Below, piece after piece: positions 8,537 through 18,471 of a DNA stretch of 59,532 nucleotides. Below the pieces are notes generated by a model. The model saw only the letters and a list, made by a program, of their open reading frames with translations, made no database searches and was not told the origin of the DNA. The translations under genes were made by a program, and so were the position numbers. The DNA lies in NCBI GenBank assembly GCA_035761505.1, contig DASTQX010000475.1, forward strand, positions 1 through 59,532, given 5' to 3'. Numbering within the stretch: the first letter of the stretch is position 1; each line of letters opens with the position of its first letter. The DNA is from Pyrinomonadaceae bacterium. GTDB taxonomy: Bacteria; Acidobacteriota; Blastocatellia; Pyrinomonadales; Pyrinomonadaceae.

Positions 8537-9058
8537 TTGGACGTGAAGATTCGTGTGACCGAAGGCGTGCTCGACCCCGAAGACAAGCGCGTCCTCTTCG
8601 AGTGGGGCCAGAACATCTTCGGCGTCGAGGATACGCTCCTGCGGTGGAGGCCGAAGGACGTGCATTTCATCCTCGAAGCCGAGGGGCGCGCGGTCTCACA
8701 CGTCGGCGTCTTGAAGCACACCGTCAGCGCGGGCGGCGTCCCCGTCGTCGTCGGCGGAGTGGGCGGCGTCGTCACCGTGCCGGAGATGCAGGGGCGCGGG
8801 CTCGCGCAGAGAGGGATGCGCCACGCCGCCGCCTTCATGTGCGAAGAGTGGGGCGTCGAGTTCGGCCTCCTCTTCTGCCTCGACCGGCTCAAGCCGCTCT
8901 ATGAAAGCCTCGGCTGGCGGCACGTCCCCGAACGCGTCGAGATCGAGCAGGAGTCCGGCCCCATCACCGCGCCCTTCAACACGATGGTGCTCCCCTGCGG
9001 CGACGGCGCGCGCCAGTGGCCCGCCGGAGAAGTCAAACTCAACAGCCTGCCGTGGTGA
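8537..9058 (+). CDS. GNAT-family N-acetyltransferase
   Basis: This is the C-terminal part of track ORF 7829..9058; the upstream part is antisense to the BNR gene. Acetyl-CoA motif VPEMQGRGLAQRGM. Start is uncertain: TTG 8537 or GTG 8543, with AGGAG at 8520-8524. Confidence 0.7.
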   Translation: MDVKIRVTEGVLDPEDKRVLFEWGQNIFGVEDTLLRWRPKDVHFILEAEGRAVSHVGVLKHTVSAGGVPVVVGGVGGVVTVPEMQGRGLAQRGMRHAAAFMCEEWGVEFGLLFCLDRLKPLYESLGWRHVPERVEIEQESGPITAPFNTMVLPCGDGARQWPAGEVKLNSLPW

Positions 9059-9063
9059 AGTTA

Positions 9064-9156
9064 AAGGATGAAGGATGAAGAAAGGCTGATTTGAAATTTC
9101 AGATTTGAGATTTGGGATTTCAAACAGCAGTTCTTTCACCATTCATCCCTTCTTCC
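9064..9156. repeat. heptanucleotide-periodic intergenic element (AAGGATG x3, RATTTSR x5, imperfect inverted partner)
   Basis: AAGGATG AAGGATG AAGAAAG at 9064-9084. GATTTGA AATTTCA GATTTGA GATTTGG GATTTCA at 9089-9123. Partially complementary CTTTCACCATTCATCCCTTCTTCC follows. It lies between convergent stops at 9058 and 9159. Confidence 0.7.
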
Positions 9157-9158
9157 TC

Positions 9159-10685
9159 TCAAGTGACGACGAACTGCTTGTAGTGGTCGAAGCGTTCGAG
9201 GATGTTGGTGACGTAGTTGACGGGCTCCATGCCACGGCAGAAGCCGAACTTGACGACGGGGTCGGCGGAGAACTTCTGCGTTGACTTTTGGAGGAGCCAG
9301 TAGGCCACGTCGTCCCAGACTTCGGGGTTGCCGCCGTACCTCTCGGCGAGGCGCTGCGCGTCCTCGACGTGGCCCGCGCCCGTGTTGTAAGAGGCGAGGA
9401 TGAATTTCAGCCGCTCGCCTTCGTCCGGGATGCGGTCGGCCCAGAACTCTTGCAGCCACTGCAAGAACTTCACGGCCCCCTGCACGTTGTCCGCCGGGTC
9501 GAACGCGTCTCTCACGCCGAACTCGCGCGCCGTTCGCGGCATCAGTTGGAGCAGGCCGCCCGCGCCCGCCCACGAGCGCGCGTCCGGCTCGAAGCGCGAC
9601 TCCTGATAAGCCTGCGCCGCCAGAAGACGCCAGTCCCAGTTGAGCGCGGCGGCGTGCTGCTTCAAGAGGTCGTCAAAGCGGCAGAGCTTGCCCGTCGTCG
9701 AGGTCAGGTACTCGCTCGTAACGCGCTCCAAGTGCCCGCGCCGGTCAACGAAATACTTCTTATAGAGCCGGTCGAAGTGCGGGCCGTTCTTCTTCTCCTC
9801 GATCCACGCGTTCAGCAGCCCCAGAAGCTCCGGCGAGTTTTTCCTCACGGCCCACGAGACGCTGTGCGTGCGACCGACGACCGGGCGCACCTTTAAATTT
9901 TTGTACTCGGCCTCTTTGAGCGTCGCCAGATTGCCCTGCATCACGGTGAAACGCACCTCGCCGCGCGCGACCTTCTGCGCCAGCGCCTCGTCCTGAATCT
10001 TCCCGCCCATCTCGACGACGTGAATGTCGCCGGAGATGTCGTCCGACAACTCGACGAGGGTGCGCTTGTAGGCCGAGCGTTCGGGGAGGTTGACGGTCTT
10101 CCCGGCCAACTGCGCCGGGTTCGAGACGAGCCGCGCCTCGATGTCCACTTCGGGGAGCGGATCGGCGGGCCCGGCTTCGAGCGCCTTCTCCGTCCCCTCG
10201 CCCGCGTCGTCGGGCGAAGCCTCCTGCTGCACGAGCGCGGGCTCCGTGCGGTAGAGGGCGCGCGTGAAAGCGACCCGGCCTTCGGTCTCCGGCGTCGGGA
10301 CGAGCCGCCCGGCGGCGATGTCGCCTTCGCCACTGTTGAGCAGGGCGAGCGTGCTCTTCGGGTCGGCGACGACGACCACCTTGAGCGGGAGGTTCTGCTC
10401 GCGCGCGAACGCTTGCAGCAACTCGTACTCGTAGCCGAGCGGCTCGCCCCGGTAGAGGAAGTAGGTGGTCGAGTTGTAAGGCGCGAGGACGACCAGCGAG
10501 CCGCGCTCGCGTATCTCCGCGAGGTCGCGTTTGATGACGGGCTCGGCCAGCGGCACGTTCGTCTTCCGGTTGATCTCGTCAACCGCTTCGAGCTTCGTGC
10601 GCGGCCCGCGCCGGCACGCGGGAGACGAAAGAATCAGCAGAGAGCAGCAGACGCCGAGCGTGAGTAACCTTGTCGGGATGTTCAT
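9159..10685 (-). CDS. mltF: membrane-bound lytic murein transglycosylase F-like (solute-binding domain + SLT domain)
   Basis: 508 aa. Lipoprotein-type signal. N-terminal family-3 periplasmic binding domain. C-terminal SLT motif ESRFEPDARSWAGAGGLLQLMPRTA. Confidence 0.85.
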   Translation of the reverse strand: MNIPTRLLTLGVCCSLLILSSPACRRGPRTKLEAVDEINRKTNVPLAEPVIKRDLAEIRERGSLVVLAPYNSTTYFLYRGEPLGYEYELLQAFAREQNLPLKVVVVADPKSTLALLNSGEGDIAAGRLVPTPETEGRVAFTRALYRTEPALVQQEASPDDAGEGTEKALEAGPADPLPEVDIEARLVSNPAQLAGKTVNLPERSAYKRTLVELSDDISGDIHVVEMGGKIQDEALAQKVARGEVRFTVMQGNLATLKEAEYKNLKVRPVVGRTHSVSWAVRKNSPELLGLLNAWIEEKKNGPHFDRLYKKYFVDRRGHLERVTSEYLTSTTGKLCRFDDLLKQHAAALNWDWRLLAAQAYQESRFEPDARSWAGAGGLLQLMPRTAREFGVRDAFDPADNVQGAVKFLQWLQEFWADRIPDEGERLKFILASYNTGAGHVEDAQRLAERYGGNPEVWDDVAYWLLQKSTQKFSADPVVKFGFCRGMEPVNYVTNILERFDHYKQFVVT

Positions 10686-10849
10686 GGCGAAACATTTCGA
10701 GCCGCCGCGCGCGCGACGAGCCTCCGGCCTCTCGGCGCGTCGTAACTTTAGAAGGTTGTCGGAGGAGTTGTCGGGGTGCAGTGCTTTTATGCCAAAAACG
10801 CGCGCAAGTCAATTAAATCCCGCACGGCGTTCCGCCGAATAATTACCTC

Positions 10850-10877
10850 TTGACTTTTCGACGCGCTGTAATAGAGT
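10850..10877 (+). promoter_or_regulatory. putative sigma70-type promoter TTGACT-N16-TAGAGT
   Basis: Hexamers at 10850-10855 and 10872-10877, about 70 nt upstream of the TldD-like start. Pattern match only. Confidence 0.3.
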
Positions 10878-10944
10878 TGCACCACCGTCAAAGACCTTTC
10901 ACGAGCCGCTCCCGGCGGCGCTAGAGCAGTTCCGGCAGACGAAC

Positions 10945-12534
10945 ATGCGAGGCATGAATATGTCATCTTCTCGACGCGACTTTCTGAAAACGATGAGCCT
11001 GACGTTCGGCGCAATCACTTTGCCGTCGTGGGTTTTGGACGCCGAGGCGGCGACGGGCGTCCTCTTCGAGGCCGACAAGCACAAGCTCGCCGACGCGGCG
11101 CTCTCGACCGCCAAGAGGCTCGGCGCTTCTTACGCCGACGTGCGCGTCAACCGCTACCGCTCGGAGGCCGTGACGACGCGCGAGCGGCAGGTGCAGAACG
11201 TCTCGCGCGGCCAGTCCTACGGCTTCGGCGTGCGCGTGCTCTACAAAGGGACTTGGGGCTTCGCTTCGAGCCGCGACACTTCCGAGGCCGAGGTGCGGCG
11301 CGTGACGACGCAAGCCTTCGAGATCGCGAAGGCCAACTCGGCCTACCAGCGCAAGCCCGTCCGGCTCGTCCCCGCGCCGAAGGTCACGCGGAGCTGGCGC
11401 AGCTCCTTTGAGCGCGACCCCTTCGACGTGCCGATTGACGACAAGATTCAGTTCCTCCTGCGACTGAACGAAGCGGCCTTGAAGACGAAGGGCGTGAGCT
11501 TCGTCAACAGCGGAGCCTTCTTCGTCAACGAGCAGAAGTTCCTCGCCACCTCGGACGGCTCGCGCATTGACCAGTACATCATCCGCAGCTTCCCGAACTT
11601 CAACGTCACGGCGGTTGACCGGGGGAGCGGCGATTTCCAGACGCGTAACTCCTTCGGCGGGCCGCAGCAACTCGGCTTCGAGTACCTGCAAAAATACCCC
11701 TGGCTCACCGAGGCCGAGCAGGCGGGCGAAGAGGCCGTCGCCAAGCTCAAGGCGAAGTCGGTCGAGCCGGGCAAGTATGACCTCGTGCTTCATCCCTCGC
11801 ACTTGTGGCTCACGATTCACGAGTCGGTTGGGCATCCGACGGAACTCGACCGCGCGCTCTGGTGGGAGGCCAACTACGCGGGCACGAGTTTCCTCACGCC
11901 GGAGAAGACCGGCAAGCTTCAGTTCGGCTCGAAGCTCGTCAACTTCGTCGCCGACCGCACGCAGGCGGGCGGGCTCGCCACGGTCGGCTGGGACGACGAG
12001 GGCGTCGAGGGTCAGCGCTGGCATTTAGTTAAAGACGGCGTGTTCGTGGACTGGCAGACGACGCGCGACCTCGCGCCGCTCATCGGGCAGAAGAAATCTT
12101 ACGGCTGCCTGCACGCCGACAGTTGGTCGAGCGTGCCGTTCCCGCGGATGCCGAACGTCTCGCTCGAACCGTCGAAGGACGCGACCTCTCTCGACGACTT
12201 GGTGGGCGGCGTGGAGAAGGGCGTTTTGATTTACGGCGACGGCAGTTATTCGATTGACCAGCAGCGCTACAACTTCCAGTTCGGCGGGCAGACCTTCTGG
12301 GAGATCAACAAGGGCAAGGTCACGGGGATGCTGCGCGACGTGGCTTACCAATCGCGCACGACAGACTTCTGGGGCTCTTGCGACGCGCTCGGCGGCGAGG
12401 CGACCTACCGCCTCGGCGGGAGCTTCAACGACGGCAAGGGCGAGCCGGGCCAGTCCAACGCCGTCTCGCACGGCTGTCCCATCGCGCGCTTCCGAGGAAT
12501 CAACGTCCTCAACACCGCCGCCAAATCTTCATAA
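10945..12534 (+). CDS. TldD-family metallopeptidase with twin-arginine (Tat) signal
   Basis: 529 aa. SRRDFLKTMSLTFGAITLPSW is a Tat motif. HESVGHPTELDR is a TldD-type HExxxH. Starts at 10945, 10954 or 10960 are possible. Confidence 0.85.
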   Translation: MRGMNMSSSRRDFLKTMSLTFGAITLPSWVLDAEAATGVLFEADKHKLADAALSTAKRLGASYADVRVNRYRSEAVTTRERQVQNVSRGQSYGFGVRVLYKGTWGFASSRDTSEAEVRRVTTQAFEIAKANSAYQRKPVRLVPAPKVTRSWRSSFERDPFDVPIDDKIQFLLRLNEAALKTKGVSFVNSGAFFVNEQKFLATSDGSRIDQYIIRSFPNFNVTAVDRGSGDFQTRNSFGGPQQLGFEYLQKYPWLTEAEQAGEEAVAKLKAKSVEPGKYDLVLHPSHLWLTIHESVGHPTELDRALWWEANYAGTSFLTPEKTGKLQFGSKLVNFVADRTQAGGLATVGWDDEGVEGQRWHLVKDGVFVDWQTTRDLAPLIGQKKSYGCLHADSWSSVPFPRMPNVSLEPSKDATSLDDLVGGVEKGVLIYGDGSYSIDQQRYNFQFGGQTFWEINKGKVTGMLRDVAYQSRTTDFWGSCDALGGEATYRLGGSFNDGKGEPGQSNAVSHGCPIARFRGINVLNTAAKSS

Positions 12535-12557
12535 TCTTTCGTGAGGAGACAGACGAG

Positions 12558-13940
12558 ATGCCGGGTATCAGCATTAGTAACCTGCTCGACGAGAAGGAGG
12601 CGCGCAGCCTGACCTCCAAGCTGCTCTCGCACGTCAAGGCCGACGACGCGACCGTGGGCGTTTCGAGCGAGACTTACTCGCACCTCCGCTTCGCCGCCAA
12701 CGCCTTCGCCACCAGCGGGCGGCGCGAGAACCGCACGGCGAGCGTCACGGTTTGGATGAAAGGCAAGGACGGGATGCAGCGCGGCGCGGCGACGACCAAC
12801 GAGTTCGACGACGCCTCCTTAAAGCGCGCGGTCGAAGAGGCGGAGTCTCTGGCCCGCATCTCGCCCCTCGACCGCGAGTACTTGCCGACGCTTCCGGCGC
12901 AGACCTACAAGCCGACGAGCGGCTTCGTCGAGGCTTCGGCGAACATCTCCGTGCAGGACAGAGCGCGCCGCATCAGCGAGATTATCGAGGCGTGCGAGAA
13001 GGCGGGCGTCGTCGGCGCGGGCTTCCATCAGGCGCGCGGGCAGGCCGGTGCTTCGGCGACGAAGAACGGCAACTTCGGCTTCGAGCGTTCGAGCCTCGTC
13101 AGCCTCTCGATGACCTCGCGCACGCGCGATGGCTCAAGTTCCGGCTACTTCCTCCGCAACCACTTCGACGTGGCGCGACTCGACACCGAGCGCATCGCGC
13201 GCGAGTCCATCCGCCGCGCGCTCGAAGGCCGCGACGCGCGCACGGTCGAACCCGGCAACTACCCCGTCATTCTCGAACCGCAGGCCGTCGCCGACCTCCT
13301 CTCCGGCTTCGCCTTCGGCTTCGACGCCCGCAGCGCCGAAGAGGGCCGCAGCCCTTACTCTCTGCCCGGTGGCAAGACGCGACTCGGCGAGAAGTTTTTC
13401 GACGAGCGCCTCTCGGTCTATAGCGACCCGTGGAGCGCGGAGTTGCCCGGCTCGATGTCGGCGCAGGCCGGGCTTCCGGCGCAGAAGATTTACTTGGTGC
13501 GCGGCGGGACGGTCGAGAACCTCGTCTATTCGCGCTTCTGGGCGCAGCGCGGCGAGCAGCCTCGGCAGCCGACGCCGGGGCCGGTGAATACCATCATCGA
13601 GACTTCGGGGCCGACCGTCCCCGTCGAGGAGATGATTAAGCAGACGCCGCGCGGCCTGCTCATCAGCCGCTTCTGGTACATCCGCTCGATTGACCCGCGC
13701 ACCAACAGCCTGACCGGCCTGACGCGCGACGGCGTCTGGTTCATCGAAGAGGGGCGCATCAAACACGCCGTCAAAAACCTCCGCTTCAATCAGAGCATCA
13801 TCCGCATGCTCGCGCCCGGCAACGTCGAGATGATCGGCCCCTCCGAGCGCGTCAGCAGCAGCGAAGGCCAGAACGCCGCGCTCCTGCCCGCGCTCAAGCT
13901 CAAGAGTTTTACTTTTACTTCTCAATCAGAAGCGGTCTGA
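12558..13940 (+). CDS. PmbA/TldE-family protein (partner of TldD)
   Basis: Internal ATG 12558 of track ORF 12378..13940, with GAGGAG at 12543-12548. Product begins MPGISISNLLDEKEARSLT. It is TldD/PmbA-like throughout and lacks HExxxH. It starts 23 nt after the TldD-like gene. Confidence 0.8.
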   Translation: MPGISISNLLDEKEARSLTSKLLSHVKADDATVGVSSETYSHLRFAANAFATSGRRENRTASVTVWMKGKDGMQRGAATTNEFDDASLKRAVEEAESLARISPLDREYLPTLPAQTYKPTSGFVEASANISVQDRARRISEIIEACEKAGVVGAGFHQARGQAGASATKNGNFGFERSSLVSLSMTSRTRDGSSSGYFLRNHFDVARLDTERIARESIRRALEGRDARTVEPGNYPVILEPQAVADLLSGFAFGFDARSAEEGRSPYSLPGGKTRLGEKFFDERLSVYSDPWSAELPGSMSAQAGLPAQKIYLVRGGTVENLVYSRFWAQRGEQPRQPTPGPVNTIIETSGPTVPVEEMIKQTPRGLLISRFWYIRSIDPRTNSLTGLTRDGVWFIEEGRIKHAVKNLRFNQSIIRMLAPGNVEMIGPSERVSSSEGQNAALLPALKLKSFTFTSQSEAV

Positions 13941-13953
13941 GAAGCTATGCGGA

Positions 13954-14034
13954 GAGCCCCCGTTGAGGGGGCGGAAGAATTTAGCTCACGGCTCGCGCCA
14001 CAGGCTAAATTCTTCCGCCCCCTCACGGGGGCTC
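13954..14034. repeat. REP/MITE-like palindromic element (about 81 nt), copy 1
   Basis: Arms GAGCCCCCGTTGAGGGGGCGGAAGAATTTAGC (13954-13985) and GCTAAATTCTTCCGCCCCCTCACGGGGGCTC (14004-14034) are reverse complements apart from a 1-nt indel. It starts 14 nt after the stop at 13940. Same family as 26933-27137. Confidence 0.75.
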
Positions 14035-14189
14035 ATCTATTTTCTTTTCGTGTGGCCTCCGCGAAGCTCCTTTTGCCTATTGCTCTTTGCTCCTTGTAAG
14101 ATACCCCGCGCGGTCGAAGGCAACTCTTCTCCCCTTGCTTGGCCGCGCCCATAATGTCCGACAGCAATGCCCGTTTTTTCCTTGAGACA

Positions 14190-16268
14190 ATGAGAAACAA
14201 AGTCTTGATTTGTGTCGCCGTGCTGGTGTCGGTCGCGGCCTTCGCCTTCGGCTGGTCTTCGCTGGCGCACGAGGGCGAGCACCACAGCCCCGGCGGAAAC
14301 GGGCAGCCCAACAATCAGGCGCTCGTGGCGCTTGGGTTCACGCCTTGCGTCAACGGTCTGGCCGGGACGTTCCCGTGTCACAACGTTGACCTCGCCTCGT
14401 TCCTCCCGCTCGACGCCATCGGCGGGGGAACCGCGAACGACGTGTGGGGCTGGACTGACCCGCAGACGGGCAAGGAGTACGCCATCCTCGGTCGCTCAAG
14501 CGGCATCTCGTTCGTGGATGTGAGCGACCCCGCGCAGCCCATCTACCTCGGCAACCTCCCGACGCACGCGCAAGACCCCGCGCACGAACTCTGGCGCGGC
14601 CTCAAGGTTTACAGAAACCACGTCTTCGTCGTCAGCGAGATTACGAACCACGGGATGCAGGTCTTCGACCTGACGCAACTGCGCAACGTCGCCTCGCCGC
14701 CGCAGACCTTCTCCGAGACAGGGCACTACGACAACTTCGGCAGCGCGCACACGCTCGCCGTCAACGAGGAGACGGGCTTCGCCTACGCCGCCGGGAGCCG
14801 CGCCGGGGCCGGGAGGACGGTCGGCGTTGACACCTGCGGCGCGCGCGGCCTGCACGTCGTTGACATCCGCAACCCTTCGGCCCCACTCTTCGCCGGGTGC
14901 GTGGACGAAGACGGCTACACGCACGAGACGCAGTGCGTCATCTATCGAGGGCCGGACGCCGCGCACCGCGACCGCGAAATCTGCTTCAGCTCGAACGAAG
15001 ACACGCTGACCATCGTAGATGTGACGGACAAGGCGCATCCCGTCCAACTCTCGCGCACGGGCTACGCCGGAAGAGGCTACACGCATCAGGGCTGGCTCAC
15101 CGAAGACCACGCGCGGTTCCTCTTAGACGACGAGACCGACGAACTCAACCAGCACGTCAACACGCGCACCTTCATCTGGAACGTCTCCGACCTCGACGCG
15201 CCGACCGTGCAGAGGATTTACACGGGCTCGACCACCTCCATTGACCATAATCTTTACGTCCGCGCCCAGCACGCCTTCGAGTCGAACTACCGGAGCGGCG
15301 TGCGCGTCCTCGACGTGGGGAACATCGCCGACGCGGCCCCGACCGAGTTGGCCTTCTTCGACGTATATCCGACCGACGACCAGCCGCTCTTTAACGGCAC
15401 GTGGAGCAACTATCCCTTCTTCGCCAGCGGGACGGTCGTCGCCAGTGGCATCGAGCAGGGCTTGTTCGTCCTGCGCCCGCGCGTCGGGATGCCCGTGAAG
15501 ATTGATTACGCGCCCTTCTTCGTCCGCCAGCAGTACCTCGACTTTCTGGGCCGCGAGCCGGACGAGGCGGGGCAAGGTTTCTGGACTCACGGCATCGCCG
15601 CCTGCGGCACTCAAGCGCCGTGTCTCAACGACAAGCGGCAGAACACTTCCGCCGCCTTCTTCCTCTCGATTGAATTTCAGGAGACGGGCTTCCTCGTCTA
15701 TCGAATGTACAAGGCCGCCTTCGGCGACCTGCCCGGAGCGCCCGTCCCGCTCCGCTTTGAAGAGTTTTTGCCCGACACGCAGCGCATCGGCCAGAGCGTG
15801 CGGGTCGGCATCGGCAACTGGGCCGCGCAACTCGACGCGAACAAAAACTCCTTCGCGCAGGAGTTCGCCGCGCGCTCGCGCTTCACCACGGCGTTCCCCG
15901 CGAGCATGACGCCGGCGGAGTTCGTCGAGAAGCTCGACGCGAACGCGGGCGGCGTGCTTTCGGCGGGCGAGCGGGCGCAACTCGTCAACGAGTTGAGCGC
16001 CAGCAACAACGACGCGGGCCGCGCCTCGGTCTTGCGGAAAGTCGCCGAGGACGCAGACCTCGCCGCCGCCGAGCGGAACAGGGCTTTCGTGCTCATGCAA
16101 TACTTCGGTTATCTTCGCCGCAACCCGAACGAGGGGCCGGACTCGGACTTCCGAGGTTACGACTTCTGGCTCTCGAAGCTCGAAGCCCACGGCGGCGACT
16201 ATCGCGGCGCGCAGATGGTCGAAGCCTTCATCACCTCGTTGGAGTACCGGCGGCGCTTCGGTCAGTAA
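14190..16268 (+). CDS. secreted choice-of-anchor B / LVIVD-type beta-propeller protein with C-terminal DUF4214 domain
   Basis: Signal peptide from MRNKVLICVAVLVSVAAFAFG (ATG 14190; track start is 14139). NDVWGWTDPQTGKEYAILG...FVDVSDPAQPIYLG...GMQVFDLT matches the choice-of-anchor B pattern. FVRQQYLDFLGREPDEAGQGFW is DUF4214-like. Confidence 0.75.
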   Translation: MRNKVLICVAVLVSVAAFAFGWSSLAHEGEHHSPGGNGQPNNQALVALGFTPCVNGLAGTFPCHNVDLASFLPLDAIGGGTANDVWGWTDPQTGKEYAILGRSSGISFVDVSDPAQPIYLGNLPTHAQDPAHELWRGLKVYRNHVFVVSEITNHGMQVFDLTQLRNVASPPQTFSETGHYDNFGSAHTLAVNEETGFAYAAGSRAGAGRTVGVDTCGARGLHVVDIRNPSAPLFAGCVDEDGYTHETQCVIYRGPDAAHRDREICFSSNEDTLTIVDVTDKAHPVQLSRTGYAGRGYTHQGWLTEDHARFLLDDETDELNQHVNTRTFIWNVSDLDAPTVQRIYTGSTTSIDHNLYVRAQHAFESNYRSGVRVLDVGNIADAAPTELAFFDVYPTDDQPLFNGTWSNYPFFASGTVVASGIEQGLFVLRPRVGMPVKIDYAPFFVRQQYLDFLGREPDEAGQGFWTHGIAACGTQAPCLNDKRQNTSAAFFLSIEFQETGFLVYRMYKAAFGDLPGAPVPLRFEEFLPDTQRIGQSVRVGIGNWAAQLDANKNSFAQEFAARSRFTTAFPASMTPAEFVEKLDANAGGVLSAGERAQLVNELSASNNDAGRASVLRKVAEDADLAAAERNRAFVLMQYFGYLRRNPNEGPDSDFRGYDFWLSKLEAHGGDYRGAQMVEAFITSLEYRRRFGQ

Positions 16269-16279
16269 GTTTTTAGCGA

Positions 16280-18190
16280 ATGCACATCCTCTCGCTCGAA
16301 GCCGTGGGCAAGAACTACGGCCTGCGACCGCTCTTCGAGAACGTCACGCTCGGCTTCGACTCCGAAGACCGCGTCGGCGTAGTCGGCGTCAACGGCTCCG
16401 GCAAGACCACCTTCCTCCGCATCATCGCGGGCGAGGAGGTTCCCGACACGGGCCGCGTCGTCTTCGCCGAAGGCGTCTCCATCGGATACCTCCCGCAGAA
16501 CCCTCCCTTCGACCCCGCGCAGAGCGTGCTCGACGCCGTCTTCGCCGCGAGCGATGAGCGGACTGAGCTGCTGCTCGACTACGAGCGCGCGTGTCACGCT
16601 CTGGCGACTTCGGGCGGCGACGAGCGGCGACGCCTCGACCGCGTCTCCGAACTCGCGCACCGCCTCGAAGCCTCCGGCGCTTGGGAGTTGGAGACCAACG
16701 CGCGGACGGTTTTGAGCAAGCTCGGCATTGACGACACCGCCGCCCTGATGGGCACGCTCTCCGGCGGCCAGCGCAAGCGCGTCGCGCTCGCCCACGCCCT
16801 CATCGCAAGCCCGCGCCTGCTCATCCTCGACGAGCCGACGAACCACCTCGACGCCGAGACCATCACGTGGCTCGAAGACTACCTCGCGCGCTACCGGGGC
16901 GCGCTCCTCCTCGTCACGCACGACCGCTACTTCCTCGACCGCGTGACGGGCCGCATCCTCGAAATCGAGCGCGGCTCGGTGCAGGCGTTCGACGGCAACT
17001 ACGCCTTCTATCTGGAGAAGAAGGAGGAGCAGGAGCAGGCGCGTGCGAGCGAAGGGCAGAAGCGCGAGATGCTGATGCGGCGCGAGTTGGCTTGGCTCCG
17101 CCGTGGCGCGAAGGCGCGGACGCGTAAGTCGAAGTCGCGCGTTGCCGCCGCCGAGAATCTTCTCGCGCAGCCGCGCGAGAGGGCCGCCGCCGAACTCGAC
17201 ATCAACGTCTCTTCGAGCCGCATCGGGAAGAAGGTGCTTGAGATGCGCGGCGTCACGAAGTCTTACGGCGAACGCACGCTGATTAAAGATTTCAGCTACA
17301 CGCTCAAGCCGGGCGACCGCATCGGCCTCATCGGGCCGAACGGTGCGGGGAAGACGACGCTGCTGGAAATCATCACGGGCCGCGTCGAGCCCGACGGCGG
17401 GACTCTGGAAGTCGGGCAGACCGTCCGCTTCGGTTACTACGATCAGGAGAACCGCGCGCTCGACGAAGAGGAGCGCGTCATTGATTACGTCCGCCACGTG
17501 GCCGAGCGCGTCGAAACCGCCGACGGGACGCTCATCACGGCGGGGCAGATGTTGGAAAAATTCCTCTTCACCGGCGCGATGCAGTACGCGCCCGTCGGGA
17601 AACTTTCGGGCGGCGAGCGGCGGCGGCTCTACCTCCTGCGCGTGTTGATGGGAGCGCCGAACGTCTTGCTTCTGGACGAGCCGACGAACGACCTCGACAT
17701 CCGCACGCTCGTCACGCTCGAAGATTATTTGGACGGCTTCGGCGGGAGCCTCGTCGTCGTGAGCCACGACCGCTACTTCCTCGACCGCACGGTCGAGCAC
17801 ATCTTCCGCTTCGAGGGCGGGGGCCAAATCCGCGAGTACCCCGGAAACTACACCGCCTTCCTCGAAGCCCGCCGCGCCGCAGAGAAGCAGGCCGACGCGA
17901 CTTCGCGGCCCGAAGCTTCTGCCGCGAAGCCCGCGCGGGCGGAGAAGGCGGCGGACGCTTCGACCAAGCGCAAGCTCTCCTTCAAAGAACAGAGGGAGTT
18001 GGGAGAGCTTGAAGGGCGCATCGCTGAGACGGAGCGGCGGCAGGCGGAAATCGAGTCCGAGTTGACGGCCAACGCGAGCGACGCGTACCTCGTGGCGAAG
18101 CTTTACGACGAGCGCGAGGCTCTGGCGCGACGGCTCGCCCAAGACCTCGACCGCTGGGCGGAGTTGGCCGAGCGCGCCGCCGAAGGTTGA
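16280..18190 (+). CDS. ABC-F family ATPase (Uup-like, two ABC domains + C-terminal coiled coil)
   Basis: 636 aa. Walker A GVNGSGKTT and GPNGAGKTT. Signatures LSGGQRKR and LSGGERRR. No transmembrane domain. Charged coiled-coil tail. Confidence 0.9.
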   Translation: MHILSLEAVGKNYGLRPLFENVTLGFDSEDRVGVVGVNGSGKTTFLRIIAGEEVPDTGRVVFAEGVSIGYLPQNPPFDPAQSVLDAVFAASDERTELLLDYERACHALATSGGDERRRLDRVSELAHRLEASGAWELETNARTVLSKLGIDDTAALMGTLSGGQRKRVALAHALIASPRLLILDEPTNHLDAETITWLEDYLARYRGALLLVTHDRYFLDRVTGRILEIERGSVQAFDGNYAFYLEKKEEQEQARASEGQKREMLMRRELAWLRRGAKARTRKSKSRVAAAENLLAQPRERAAAELDINVSSSRIGKKVLEMRGVTKSYGERTLIKDFSYTLKPGDRIGLIGPNGAGKTTLLEIITGRVEPDGGTLEVGQTVRFGYYDQENRALDEEERVIDYVRHVAERVETADGTLITAGQMLEKFLFTGAMQYAPVGKLSGGERRRLYLLRVLMGAPNVLLLDEPTNDLDIRTLVTLEDYLDGFGGSLVVVSHDRYFLDRTVEHIFRFEGGGQIREYPGNYTAFLEARRAAEKQADATSRPEASAAKPARAEKAADASTKRKLSFKEQRELGELEGRIAETERRQAEIESELTANASDAYLVAKLYDEREALARRLAQDLDRWAELAERAAEG

Positions 18191-18256
18191 AGCATCGGGC
18201 GCTCACGAAAATCCAATTTATTGGACGCGGAAACTTTTTCTCGGCGCGCTCAGTAA

Positions 18257-18285
18257 TAGTCATTTCGGTCTCTCGCTGGTATGAT
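18257..18285 (+). promoter_or_regulatory. putative promoter TAGTCA-N17-TATGAT with extended -10 TG
   Basis: TGGTATGAT at 18277-18285, about 190 nt upstream of the M16 operon start. Pattern match only. Confidence 0.3.
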
Positions 18286-18471
18286 TTCAAGCACCCTGCC
18301 GGAACACCTCAGACACGCCGGACGGCAACCGGAGGTCGCGGGCGAGGTTGAGCTTTGAAAGACTGGTGATTGTGCCGGAAGACTTGCGCGACAGAGACCG
18401 CGCGCCCGGTCTTCCGCCACCCGCCACAACCCCGGATTCCACTTCCCTTTTCGATAATCGAGGACAAGCAC

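Noticed and set aside
16262-18142. Long antisense ORFs opposite real genes. Examples: 16262..18142 (-), 18250..20241 (-), 25111..26655 (+), 34436..36652 (+), 45734..47263 (+), 47304..48968 (-), 39057..40400 (-), 41520..42938 (-), 23800..24924 (+), 29893..31170 (+), 22103..23326 (-).
   Set aside because: They are typical shadow ORFs of high-GC DNA. Their products are Arg/Ala/Gly/Val-rich low-complexity sequences with no motifs. The opposite strand in each case encodes a protein with clear family signatures.
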